A stretch of DNA of 32,826 nucleotides from Balneola sp. (GCA_002730655.1 PCAT01000070.1:1-32826); one strand, 5' to 3'; positions 1 to 9,463 are shown, numbered from the stretch's first letter. Notes: generated by a model not told the origin, from the sequence alone. Numbers and translations are program-made.

Positions 1-1116
1 AGAGGGGTTGGTCAACTCACAGATATTGTAACCAAGGAGATATTTGCCTTCCAAAAAGGTGATACCCATTACGTACTCCGGCCCGAACTAACTGCTCCAG
101 TTGTACGCTCGTTTGTACAGCATCATCTAGACCAGCGAGGAGGTATTCAAAAACTCTACTATATAGGACCAATGTTTCGCGCTGAACGACCTCAAATGGG
201 AAGGCAACGTCAGTTTCATCAATTTGGTTTAGAGATTATTGGTAGTGCTAATCCTGTTGCAGATATTGAAACCGTTGCTTTCATGATTCGTATTTACCAA
301 CGTATTGGGATTAATAATTTTACCCTCAAACTTAATTCTGTTGGGGGACCTGAGAGTCGTGAACGATACAAACAAGTACTTAGAGATTATTTAGAGCCTC
401 ATCGCTCTAAACTCAGTGAGCTATCACAGCAAAGGTTATATAAAAATCCTATGCGAATTCTAGACTCTAAAGAACTTGAAGACCAAGAATTCATAGATAA
501 AGCACCTATCATCCATGATTACTTAGATGAAGATTCTGCTCTACATTTTGAAAAGGTAAAACGTGGTTTACAACTACTTGATATACCCTTTGAAATAGAT
601 CCTTATTTAGTTCGCGGCATGGATTATTACACACGTACGGCATTTGAACTTAGTAGTCCTGACTTAGGATCTCAAGACGCACTGGCTGGTGGTGGTCGAT
701 ATGATTTACTTGTAGAAGAAATTGGGGGTAAACCTACTTCATCTGTTGGTTTTGCTGCCGGGATGGAACGATTACTTATTGCTTGTGAAGAATTAAATAT
801 ATCCTTAGCTGAGAAATCAATACTTGATCTATATATTGTGAGTTTAGGAGAAGAGGCACGGAATTGGGCATTAAGCTTTCTACCGGAATTACGAGCTCAT
901 GGTTTATCAGCTAGCATGGACTATTTAGGAAGATCGATGAAGGCCCAAATGAAGGAAGCAAACCGCGAACTAGCTCATTTCACGCTCATAATAGGTGAAA
1001 ATGAGCTCACTAATGGCACATTAATTCTACGTAATATGGTCAAAAGTGAAGAAGTAAACCTTAGTGCCAAAGAAGTACTAACTACTATCTTAGCTCATAA
1101 AAAAGGGGCAAAATAG
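1..1116 (+). CDS. hisS: Histidine--tRNA ligase, 5'-truncated by the window edge (last ~371 aa present)
   Basis: Frame 1 is open from nt 1 (RGVGQLTDIVTKEIFAFQKGDTHYVLRPELTAPVVRSF...) and runs into the listed ORF 172..1116. It has class II aaRS motif 2 (FRAERPQMGRQRQFHQFGLEIIG), a motif 3 region (GGGRYD ... GFAAGMERL) and a C-terminal anticodon-binding domain. Confidence 0.95.
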   Translation, partial: RGVGQLTDIVTKEIFAFQKGDTHYVLRPELTAPVVRSFVQHHLDQRGGIQKLYYIGPMFRAERPQMGRQRQFHQFGLEIIGSANPVADIETVAFMIRIYQRIGINNFTLKLNSVGGPESRERYKQVLRDYLEPHRSKLSELSQQRLYKNPMRILDSKELEDQEFIDKAPIIHDYLDEDSALHFEKVKRGLQLLDIPFEIDPYLVRGMDYYTRTAFELSSPDLGSQDALAGGGRYDLLVEEIGGKPTSSVGFAAGMERLLIACEELNISLAEKSILDLYIVSLGEEARNWALSFLPELRAHGLSASMDYLGRSMKAQMKEANRELAHFTLIIGENELTNGTLILRNMVKSEEVNLSAKEVLTTILAHKKGAK

Positions 1117-1170
1117 CTGTCCATCACATAACATCTGCTTATTTTTGGACTTTTGCATTAGCTTCAATCC

Positions 1171-3261
1171 TTACTGTTCTAACCATTCTCGCAGTTCTTT
1201 AATATCGTTCGGATATCCAAGAATTGATAACACATCACCTTCCTGCATCTTGGTCCTTCCTTTGGGTATGATAATTTCTTTTTTTCGCTCAATAATAGTA
1301 ACTAGGCATTCACCCGGCAACTCCATTTCCATAATTTCTTTATCTATCCAGACACTTGATTGGTTATTTTTCCTTAAGCGTATGTGAATGAGTCGTTCAT
1401 CACTCAAGAGTACCTCTTTGAGTGATCTTTCGTTCTTCGCCGAGACCCAGCGATCTAAAAATTCTTCTGCCTCAATCAATTCAGCCATATGGCCAATGAT
1501 TCTCATATGTAACAGAGGTTGTTCTTCTGGGGTTACTAAAAAAATGAGGGCATGAATTTTTTCTTCCCCAAATGCTGGCATTTTTAAGCCACCTTGGCAC
1601 TGAATCGCAACCATTTCCGGCATGCGTAACCCTTCAAGTTGGACATACTTGAAATAAACCCCTTGTTTCAATCTTGTGGCTTGTATCGCCATATCAGTGA
1701 GTGCAGAAGCCCAACCCGTTTCTAAATTATTCTCTTTTTGAAGTCTATATTCTAGACTTTGTACCGCTTTTTTCGATAATACATCTAGATTTCGATCCTT
1801 GGACAGAGCTCTTATGATCTCAGAGCGTGCAATAACCTCTTGATAAGTCATTGAGCTATCCATGTTCTTTTCATTGATTATCGTCATCAATTCATGCTCT
1901 AATGCTTCATTGCGCATTTGACCTAATCGAGCATGAACGTGATAGATAGCTCCTTGTCTCTTAACTTTTCCCTGGGCATAATAAAAATACCAAGCAATAC
2001 ACATGATAATTAAAGTTCCTGTCAAACCAACAGCTAGAAACCCCATTTGCGCAATCAACAATAAAGAAATTACCATACCAAGTACTTGTAACCAAGGATA
2101 AAGTGGTGAACTAAATCCTGGTTTATAGGCTTCAATTTTACTCTCTCGCATCACTACCACTGCTAGATTAAGTAGAAAAAATAGAAGCAATTGGAATGCA
2201 CTAGCCAACTTAGCTACTGCTTCTACATCGAAGAGCAAAAGAACCAAAATCATTACAAAAGTGGTACTGATAACAGAAATATGAGGTGTTTCAAAACGAC
2301 CAATTTTACCAAAAATAGTTGGCATAAGACCATCTCTACTCATGGCTAAAGGATATCTCGAGGCTGACATAATACCGGCATTCCCGGTCGATGCAAATGC
2401 CGCAATAGCTGCCACAACAATTAATAGAATACCAATTGATTGAGGTATCCATGTAATTACTACTTGTCCAGCATCCGTTACGGGCGTCAAACTCGAAAAT
2501 AATGTTGATGCAGGCAGAACTTTAACCATTATAAAAACACCTAATACATAGACTAAGCTAGCCGTTAATAATGATAAGGTCATCCCTAAAGGGATTGCTT
2601 TATCTGGATTCTGCACCTCTTCAGATATACTCGCAACTTTTGTCAACCCAGCATAAGAAACAAAAACTAAGCCCACAGTCGAAGCAAAACCACTTAATCC
2701 ATTAGTTAAAAAATTATCCTTTTGCATTTCTGGTAGTAGAGAATTACCGGTTAAGTATTCAACCCCTTCTAATAGGAAATAACCCATAATTAAAACTAAA
2801 GCCGATACAAGGAGGCGTTGTAAAAAAGCTGTTTCCTTTGCACCGAAGACATTTAACACCCCAAAAACGACGGTTAAAACAAGTGCTAAAGGTAACATGG
2901 GGACATCAATATATAGACTCAGATAGGCGCCCATTCCAATTAATGCAAATGCGCTTTTAAAGATAAGAGCTATCCATGAGCCTAAGCCACCAATTGTACC
3001 CACTAATGGACCCAGACTACGATCTAAAAAATAATAAGCTCCGCCTGCTCTTGGCATAGCTGTTGAAAGTTCTGCCACGGTAAGCATTGATGGTAATATT
3101 AAGAATCCAGCGACTAAATAACTCAAATACACACTATTACCTGTTTCCATTGCTGCAATACCTGGTAGTAAAAAGAAGCCAGAGCTAAACATAGCACCCG
3201 TGCTAACAGCATACACATCGAATAAGGTCAATTTTTTTGATAGTAGTTCTTTCTTAGCCAT
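1171..3261 (-). CDS. APC-superfamily amino-acid permease (~440-aa polytopic membrane domain) fused to a ~250-aa cytoplasmic tail with an EIIA(Ntr)-like domain and a TrkA-C (RCK_C) domain
   Basis: The N-terminus is typical of APC permeases (LTLFDVYAVSTGAMFSSGFFLLPG ... AELSTAMPRAGGAYYF), followed by many hydrophobic helices. The tail segment IHALIFLVTPEEQPLLHMRIIGHMAELIEAEEFLDRWVSAKNERSLKEVLL resembles the PTS EIIA-2/PtsN C-terminal half. The last ~74 aa (ELPGECLVTIIERKKEIIIPKGRTKMQEGDVLSILG) resemble TrkA-C. Confidence 0.85.
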   Translation of the reverse strand: MAKKELLSKKLTLFDVYAVSTGAMFSSGFFLLPGIAAMETGNSVYLSYLVAGFLILPSMLTVAELSTAMPRAGGAYYFLDRSLGPLVGTIGGLGSWIALIFKSAFALIGMGAYLSLYIDVPMLPLALVLTVVFGVLNVFGAKETAFLQRLLVSALVLIMGYFLLEGVEYLTGNSLLPEMQKDNFLTNGLSGFASTVGLVFVSYAGLTKVASISEEVQNPDKAIPLGMTLSLLTASLVYVLGVFIMVKVLPASTLFSSLTPVTDAGQVVITWIPQSIGILLIVVAAIAAFASTGNAGIMSASRYPLAMSRDGLMPTIFGKIGRFETPHISVISTTFVMILVLLLFDVEAVAKLASAFQLLLFFLLNLAVVVMRESKIEAYKPGFSSPLYPWLQVLGMVISLLLIAQMGFLAVGLTGTLIIMCIAWYFYYAQGKVKRQGAIYHVHARLGQMRNEALEHELMTIINEKNMDSSMTYQEVIARSEIIRALSKDRNLDVLSKKAVQSLEYRLQKENNLETGWASALTDMAIQATRLKQGVYFKYVQLEGLRMPEMVAIQCQGGLKMPAFGEEKIHALIFLVTPEEQPLLHMRIIGHMAELIEAEEFLDRWVSAKNERSLKEVLLSDERLIHIRLRKNNQSSVWIDKEIMEMELPGECLVTIIERKKEIIIPKGRTKMQEGDVLSILGYPNDIKELREWLEQ

Positions 3262-3712
3262 AATGAATCATTTTATTTATATGACAACTCTTACGTGAAA
3301 AAATTATCGGACAGGCAATGAAAGTAGAGTTATTTAATATACTCATGGTATTGCTTTGTTAATATAGAATAAAAAATAATTCGACAATTAGCGTCCAATA
3401 ATAATTTATCTTTCAATGCTACGGTAGATTGGTACATTTAGATTTTTAAAATATTTGCGACTGTGTAGGCAATCTGTATATATGGTTATGCCTTAGATGT
3501 ACGGCTAGCAAACCTTTAGAATGCTTTTATTTTTTAAATAAAATTCCATCATGATAATAAGGCTTAATCTATATTTTTTCCTCTATATGTGTATATTTCT
3601 TGAGTAGAGTAAATGAGTTCATACTTAAGAATTTATGCGTCATTATTGGTACTATATTCACATAATCATTGTATTTATGGCACTCTAATTCATTCATTAT
3701 ATAGCATACTTT

Positions 3713-4891
3713 ATGCCACTTCCTGTCTTAACATCTCATCTAATCGGTCATTCAACCCCTTGCTATTATTATGATGTCTCTTTGTTGGATGCCACACTGA
3801 AAGAAGTACATAAGCATGGAATAGACAAAGGATATCATGTCCATTTTGCATTAAAAGCAAATCATGAGCCATACATACTAAAAAAAATACAGGAGGCAGG
3901 TTTAGGTGCAGACTGCGTTAGTGGTGGAGAGATTCAGCAAGCTCTAGATAATGGTTTTAGGCCGGATCAAATTGCATTTGCAGGCGTTGGAAAATCAGAT
4001 CAAGAAATTACCTTAAGCTTAGAGAGTGATATATTTTGTTTTAATGTTGAATCCCTTCAAGAATTAGCTGTAATCAATGAGATAGCGAAAAAAAGACAAA
4101 CTAAAGCCCCTGTAGCACTTCGATTAAATCCAAATATTCCTGTTAAAACCCATATGTACATTACTACTGGATTAAATGATAATAAATTTGGCATTAGTGA
4201 CGAGGAACTACACTTGGTAATAAAGGCGCTACCAAATTTATCATATATAGAATTTTTGGGAATACATTTTCATATAGGTTCACAAATCAATCACCTTGAA
4301 CCGTTTATTGAATTGGCGAAAAAAGCAAACAAATATGTAGAGCAAATAGAAACTGCCGGGTTCACCGTTAAGGTATTGAATATGGGCGGCGGTTACGGGG
4401 TAAACTATAAGGAACCCGACAATGAACCTATACCAAATTTTAAAGCTTTTTTTAATGTATTCGACACTCATCTAAATCGGAGAAGAGACCAAGAAATCCA
4501 TTTTGAATTGGGTCGGTCTATCATTGCTCAATCGGGTAGTCTGCTTTCGAGAGTATTGTTTATAAAAGAACGGAGTAAAAAAACTTTCGCTGTCATAGAC
4601 GCTGGCATGACTGAACTCATACGACCTGCATTATATCAAGCCACTCACCAAATAGATCGAATAAATTCCCCTAAAACAAAAAGTAACATTCAAAAAAAAT
4701 ACGATGTTGTGGGTCCAATTTGTGAAAGCTCTGACACATTTGCCCAGAATTATTCATTACCTGTATTGCAACGTGGCGACTTACTAGCCATCAGAAGTGC
4801 TGGAGCCTATGGACAAGTAATGAAAAGCCAATACAACTTACGACCGGATTTTCCAGTCATTTACTCCGATGATCTCGACAATCAAACATAG
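3713..4891 (+). CDS. lysA: Diaminopimelate decarboxylase (PLP-dependent, alanine-racemase-fold group IV decarboxylase)
   Basis: It has the PLP-lysine motif HFALKAN, the N-terminal TPCYYYD, the glycine motif NMGGGYGV, ELGRSI and the C-terminal VGPICESSD ... GAYG, all typical of LysA/ODC-fold decarboxylases. Length is 392 aa. Confidence 0.9.
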   Translation: MPLPVLTSHLIGHSTPCYYYDVSLLDATLKEVHKHGIDKGYHVHFALKANHEPYILKKIQEAGLGADCVSGGEIQQALDNGFRPDQIAFAGVGKSDQEITLSLESDIFCFNVESLQELAVINEIAKKRQTKAPVALRLNPNIPVKTHMYITTGLNDNKFGISDEELHLVIKALPNLSYIEFLGIHFHIGSQINHLEPFIELAKKANKYVEQIETAGFTVKVLNMGGGYGVNYKEPDNEPIPNFKAFFNVFDTHLNRRRDQEIHFELGRSIIAQSGSLLSRVLFIKERSKKTFAVIDAGMTELIRPALYQATHQIDRINSPKTKSNIQKKYDVVGPICESSDTFAQNYSLPVLQRGDLLAIRSAGAYGQVMKSQYNLRPDFPVIYSDDLDNQT

Positions 4892-4929
4892 AATCTGCAT
4901 TTCATCTCCATTCAAACCACTACAATTAT

Positions 4930-5637
4930 ATGAAAGACATACATGTATTAAGTTTTGAAGGGCGTAATATCAGAGATGTTTCGCATTTAGTAAATGCAGT
5001 CAATTATGTTCAAAAATATGATCGAGTTATCGTCGTGATTAATGCCTTCGATCAGACCCGTAATAAACTATTAGCCATCACAGATACCGCGGTTTCAGGT
5101 AATTTAGACGCAGCTCATGCTCTATCCGATGAAATCTACGATTTATACTATGATCTTATTCAAAAGGCCCTAGAAAGTCACCCAAATCCTAAAAACACTC
5201 TTATTCTAGAAACAACGGATAAAAGGTTAGAGGAATACAATTTTCGGCTAAAAAAACTTCTAGGCTATGCCGATAAAATGCATTCTCATCAAGATCGTTG
5301 GGTGGATTCAATAGTTCCTATTGGAGACCAAATGGCTGCTTATGTACTGAGTCAAACGGCACTTTCTTGGGGAATTCTTACGCAATATGTAGAAGCTACC
5401 AAGCTCATAAAAACTGATAATGAATATGGCAAAGCCAACCCCAATACGATGAGTATATATCAGCACTGTAGCTCACTTGAGACCCTCATAGAAAACGGCT
5501 TCACACCCATCATTGGTGGTGGTTACGGCATTAGTCTGGAAAAATCGATGTCACTATTAGGCCCAGATGGCTTAGATATTACAGCACGGCTTATAACGGG
5601 AGCACTTGAGGCAAAATCCATTGAATTTATTTCTTAG
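4930..5637 (+). CDS. Aspartokinase-like (amino-acid-kinase fold, N-terminal part only), with degenerate catalytic motifs and no C-lobe or ACT domains
   Basis: By eye it is collinear with the N-terminal ~2/3 of the aspartokinase kinase domain. SFEGRN stands in place of KFGGTS, VIVVINAFDQTRNKLL in place of the SAM..TTD.L strand, GPDGLD in place of GRGGSD, and the ORF stops where AKs continue with TDVDGV. It is intact at 235 codons, 38 nt after lysA and 5 nt before the next gene. Confidence 0.6.
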   Translation: MKDIHVLSFEGRNIRDVSHLVNAVNYVQKYDRVIVVINAFDQTRNKLLAITDTAVSGNLDAAHALSDEIYDLYYDLIQKALESHPNPKNTLILETTDKRLEEYNFRLKKLLGYADKMHSHQDRWVDSIVPIGDQMAAYVLSQTALSWGILTQYVEATKLIKTDNEYGKANPNTMSIYQHCSSLETLIENGFTPIIGGGYGISLEKSMSLLGPDGLDITARLITGALEAKSIEFIS

Positions 5638-5642
5638 CAACT

Positions 5643-7619
5643 ATGCTACAATGTGCTAATATTAACCTATCACTGGGTGATCGAGCCTTGCTCGATGACA
5701 TATCGGTAATTATTAATCCAGGCGATCGTATAGGATTAGTTGGACCTAATGGAGCAGGTAAATCTACCTTACTTAAAGTGATTATGGGGTTTCAAGAAGT
5801 GGATAAAGGATCGGTGAGTATGGGTAAAACTGAAAGTTTGGGTTATCTACCGCAAGATGGGGTAGAACCTAATTTCTCCCTAAATGTTGTAGAAGAAGTA
5901 GAGAGAGTGTTTCAGCCTATTCTTGATTTAGAAAAAAATGTTCAGTATCTCCAGAATAAGCTGGGTGATATAAATCCCAACTCGTCTAGCTATAGTGACT
6001 ACCTAGACAAACTTGGTTCACTTCAAACCGAATTAGAACAATCTGGCATTTATAGCATACGCTCTAAGGTGGAAAAAGTGTTAACAGGTCTTGGTTTTAA
6101 CTCCAAAGATTTTTGCCGAACTACGAGTGAATTCAGTGGTGGTTGGCTTATGCGCATGGCCTTGGCTAAGCTTCTGCTAAAAGACCCAACCTATCTATTG
6201 CTGGATGAGCCTACCAATCACTTAGATATTGAGTCGTTACAGTGGTTAGAACAATTTTTAGTTCAGTATAACGGAGCGGTTATTGTGGTTTCACATGACC
6301 AATACTTTTTAGATAGCCTGACTAACCGAACACTTGCTATACGTCAAGGTAAACTCCAGGATTATGCTGGTAACTATAGCTTTTACGAGCGTAAGTGGGA
6401 CGAAGAACGAGAATTACTCATAAATGCACAGCGTAATCAAGAAAAACACATAAAAGATACTCAAGAATTCATTGAAAGGTTCCGCTATAAAGCTACCAAG
6501 GCAAGACAAGTGCAGAGTCGAGTTAAACAACTTGAAAAATTAAAACATATTGAAGTCGAATCCGAGCTTGATAGCGTATCTTTTAGCTTCCCAACCCCAG
6601 AACGAACTGGGCAGGTAGTCGTAAAATTAGATCAAGTAGTCAAGCGGTATAGAGACTTAACGGTATTCGATGGTATAGATTTAGAAATCGAACGAGAGGA
6701 TAAAATAGCAGTGGTTGGACCAAACGGCGCAGGTAAATCCACTTTGATCCGAATTATAAGTGGATTGGAACCCATTCAAAGTGGAATCCAAAAATTAGGT
6801 CATAAAGTACAACATGCCTATTTTGCCCAGCATCAGGCAGATGAACTGGATGAAACAGAAGACCCACTTAGTATTATGATGAGAGCTGGATCTGGCGAAA
6901 AGGAGAGTCGTTTACGATCTATATTGGGTAGTTTTCTATTCACTGGAGACGATGTATTCAAAAAAGTTAAAGTATTATCAGGTGGAGAAAAGTCGCGCTT
7001 AGCTCTGGCAAAGATGCTACTATCACCAGCTAACTTTCTGATTTTTGATGAACCAACGAATCATCTAGACATGAGTAGTAAAGCTGTTCTACAACAAGCC
7101 CTTCAACAATATCAGGGTACCTGCATGATTGTTTCACATGATAGATCTTTCTTAGACCCAATCGTTAACAAAGTTTTGGAAATCCAGCCCGGAACGATTA
7201 GGCTGCTTGTTGGCAATGTCAGTTATTATTTAAAGAAAAAGGAAGCAGAACTCATATCATCGGCTAACGGGCATACCCAAGAAAGTACAAAAATGGAGCT
7301 TTCAGGTACAAATAACCTTTCCAAAAAAGAAAAAAAACGGCAAGAGGCAGAATTAAGAAATGCTTTAAACAAACGTTTGGGACCTCTAAAGAAAAAAATT
7401 AATAAAATAGAAGCAGCAATAGAGAACGCTGAAAATAACTTGTCATCTATCGAGACCACCATGGCTGAAGTCGATTTTTATGAAAATCTCATTCAGGTAA
7501 AAGAAACTAATATTGAGTATGAAAAGATCAAAAAAAAACTAACCGAACTCATGTTTCAGTGGGAGGAGTACCAACAACAATATGAACACATAGAAGGGGG
7601 ATTTGAGTCGAAATCTTAA
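5643..7619 (+). CDS. ABC-F family ATPase (two ABC domains, no transmembrane domain; translation-factor type, Uup/YheS/YbiT-like) with a Lys-rich coiled-coil C-terminal extension
   Basis: It has two Walker A motifs (GPNGAGKST twice), two signature motifs (FSGGW, LSGGE), two Walker B motifs (LLLDEPTNHLD, LIFDEPTNHLD) and a basic inter-domain linker (RFRYKATKARQVQSRVKQLEKL). There are no membrane helices. Confidence 0.9.
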   Translation: MLQCANINLSLGDRALLDDISVIINPGDRIGLVGPNGAGKSTLLKVIMGFQEVDKGSVSMGKTESLGYLPQDGVEPNFSLNVVEEVERVFQPILDLEKNVQYLQNKLGDINPNSSSYSDYLDKLGSLQTELEQSGIYSIRSKVEKVLTGLGFNSKDFCRTTSEFSGGWLMRMALAKLLLKDPTYLLLDEPTNHLDIESLQWLEQFLVQYNGAVIVVSHDQYFLDSLTNRTLAIRQGKLQDYAGNYSFYERKWDEERELLINAQRNQEKHIKDTQEFIERFRYKATKARQVQSRVKQLEKLKHIEVESELDSVSFSFPTPERTGQVVVKLDQVVKRYRDLTVFDGIDLEIEREDKIAVVGPNGAGKSTLIRIISGLEPIQSGIQKLGHKVQHAYFAQHQADELDETEDPLSIMMRAGSGEKESRLRSILGSFLFTGDDVFKKVKVLSGGEKSRLALAKMLLSPANFLIFDEPTNHLDMSSKAVLQQALQQYQGTCMIVSHDRSFLDPIVNKVLEIQPGTIRLLVGNVSYYLKKKEAELISSANGHTQESTKMELSGTNNLSKKEKKRQEAELRNALNKRLGPLKKKINKIEAAIENAENNLSSIETTMAEVDFYENLIQVKETNIEYEKIKKKLTELMFQWEEYQQQYEHIEGGFESKS

Positions 7620-7662
7620 CTAAATTTACTCTTGCTTGTAAAGAGACGAAAACCAAGCCAAT

Positions 7663-8094
7663 TTAAGTAGCAAATATTTGACTTTTATCGGCAAAAGCCT
7701 TGAACTCCAATGCATTTCCACTCGGATCTAAAAAGAACATAGTCGCCTGTTCACCTGCTTGACCTTTGAAACGAATATAGGGCTCAATAATAAAACTAAG
7801 TTCAGCATTTTTGACTCGTTCGGCTAAAGCTTTCCAATCATCCATACTCAAAATTACTCCAAAGTGGCGAACAGGCACACCATGTCCGTCTACTGCATTT
7901 ATGGATGATTCTTTTGCTTCATCTGGACTTAAATGAGCTACAACCTGATGACCCCACATATTGAAATCTATCCAATGATCAGAACTTCTCCCTGTACTAC
8001 AGCCCAGGATTTGAGTGTAAAATTGATATGTTTCTGTTAAGTCTTTAACCGGAAAAGCAAGGTGAAAAGGAGCAATAGCGTTGTTTTCTTTCAT
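7663..8094 (-). CDS. VOC-fold (glyoxalase/bleomycin-resistance/extradiol-dioxygenase superfamily) protein, COG3565-like
   Basis: It is 143 aa. The N-terminal PFHLAFPVKDL ... FYTQILGC..GRSSDHWIDFNMWGHQVVAHL pattern and the C-terminal FFLDPSGNALEFK are typical of small VOC proteins. The subfamily assignment is from memory. Confidence 0.7.
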   Translation of the reverse strand: MKENNAIAPFHLAFPVKDLTETYQFYTQILGCSTGRSSDHWIDFNMWGHQVVAHLSPDEAKESSINAVDGHGVPVRHFGVILSMDDWKALAERVKNAELSFIIEPYIRFKGQAGEQATMFFLDPSGNALEFKAFADKSQIFAT

Positions 8095-8149
8095 ATAGAC
8101 TTAACTTTGAGATTTGTTCTATCTAAAACGTAATAAAGCTAAAAAAAAA

Positions 8150-8593
8150 TCACATAAATTGTTTAGCTGCTTGTACCGCTAATTGATCGACTCTTTCATT
8201 ATCTGGAATACCCGAATGTCCTTTCACTTTAATCCACTCCACCTGATGAGCTCCTATTACATTCAACAACTCGACCCACAAATCCTGATTTTCAACTGGC
8301 TTTTTATCTGCCCTCTTCCACCCTTTAGACTGCCATGAATCTATCCAACCCTTAGTCATAGCATTAATTATTAAGGCACTATCACTGTGAATCTTTAGTA
8401 AACATGGTTTTTTTATAGCTCTTACGGCTTCAATTACCGCCATCATTTCCATTCGATTATTGGTAGTATGAGCTTCTCCACCCGAAAGCTCTTTCTCTTT
8501 CCCATTGTGTCGTAACAATACCCCCCAACCTCCTGGTCCAGGATTGCCACTACAGGCTCCATCAGTATAAATAATGACCTCTGTTAAATTCAT
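8150..8593 (-). CDS. rnhA: Ribonuclease HI
   Basis: IYTDGACSGNPGPGGWGVLL ... TTNNRMEMMAVIEA ... SDS ... VEWIKVKGHSG.PDNERVDQLA matches the canonical RNase H DEDD catalytic layout. The start lies 3 nt after the pyrF stop. Confidence 0.95.
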   Translation of the reverse strand: MNLTEVIIYTDGACSGNPGPGGWGVLLRHNGKEKELSGGEAHTTNNRMEMMAVIEAVRAIKKPCLLKIHSDSALIINAMTKGWIDSWQSKGWKRADKKPVENQDLWVELLNVIGAHQVEWIKVKGHSGIPDNERVDQLAVQAAKQFM

Positions 8594-8596
8594 TTT

Positions 8597-9463
8597 TTAA
8601 TTCAAGTCGACTTGTTCAAAAATGGGACGCAATTGTTGATTCGCTAGAAGAGTACGTTCTAGAATTCGATCTTGCCAAGTGCCTGACGCCGTTCTATTAT
8701 AACTAACATCGTTTATGTCAAAAAGTATTGCTCTACTGGAATTAATTAGGGGTAGTCCAGGGTGAGTAGCTAAGAGTGCCGTCAATGCTTTGATATCTCC
8801 TCCTTGTGCGCCAAAACCAGGAATTAATAAAGCAGCCTTTGGATGATGGGCTAAGACCTGCTGTGATACTTTGCTCTGAGTGGCCCCTATAACCATACCT
8901 AAATGTGTCTGAGAGTACTTCTGGATTTTGGCTAATTTATCTGCAATATGAGCCGAAAGAGTATCAAAGTTACCACTTCTCACCAAAAGAAAATCTTGTG
9001 CACCGACATTGGACGTCAAAGCAAGTGTATAAACCGCTTTACTACTATCACCTTTAAAAGCTTCCAGGGTTTCTATTCCCATTAAAGGATTTAAAGTAAT
9101 AGCATCTACCTTAAACTTATCAAAAAATGCTTGTTTATAATGCTCTGCCGTAGTACTTATATCTCCTCTTTTAGCATCAGCTATGATTATATGACGGCTG
9201 GGAATTGCAGCGATAACTCGATGAAACGCGTCTAAACCCTTAGGACCTAAGGCTTCGAAAAAAGCTAAATTAGTTTTAAAAGCAGCACAATGTTTGTGAG
9301 TGGCCTTTACGACCTGATGACAAAAATATACTATTCGCTCGACAGGATCTTCTGAAAAAGTATGAATTTGCTCAGGCAAACGAGCAAGATTTGGATCAAG
9401 TCCTATACACAATACTGAGGATGATTCGCGTATTGAATCAGCTAATTTATTTAAAAAGTTCAC
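8597..9463 (-). CDS. pyrF: Orotidine-5'-phosphate decarboxylase, long (type 2) form
   Basis: LCIGLDPN near the N-terminus, the catalytic ADAKRGDI motif and a length of 288 aa fit type 2 PyrF. The start codon is GTG. Confidence 0.9.
   Translation of the reverse strand: MNFLNKLADSIRESSSVLCIGLDPNLARLPEQIHTFSEDPVERIVYFCHQVVKATHKHCAAFKTNLAFFEALGPKGLDAFHRVIAAIPSRHIIIADAKRGDISTTAEHYKQAFFDKFKVDAITLNPLMGIETLEAFKGDSSKAVYTLALTSNVGAQDFLLVRSGNFDTLSAHIADKLAKIQKYSQTHLGMVIGATQSKVSQQVLAHHPKAALLIPGFGAQGGDIKALTALLATHPGLPLINSSRAILFDINDVSYNRTASGTWQDRILERTLLANQQLRPIFEQVDLN

Noticed and set aside
3262-3712. Lysine riboswitch (L-box) upstream of lysA or of the divergent amino-acid permease
   Set aside because: The spacer is extremely AT-rich. 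I could not find the conserved G-rich helices or junction motifs of the L-box on either strand. An Infernal scan would be decisive.
7530-7538. A9 homopolymer inside the ABC-F coding region (also A9 at 31008-31016 near the secF 3' end) as a possible slipped-strand phase-variation site
   Set aside because: Both tracts encode Lys runs (KKK) in Lys-rich tails of housekeeping genes in an AT-rich genome. No phase-variable gene class is involved. This is most simply codon usage.
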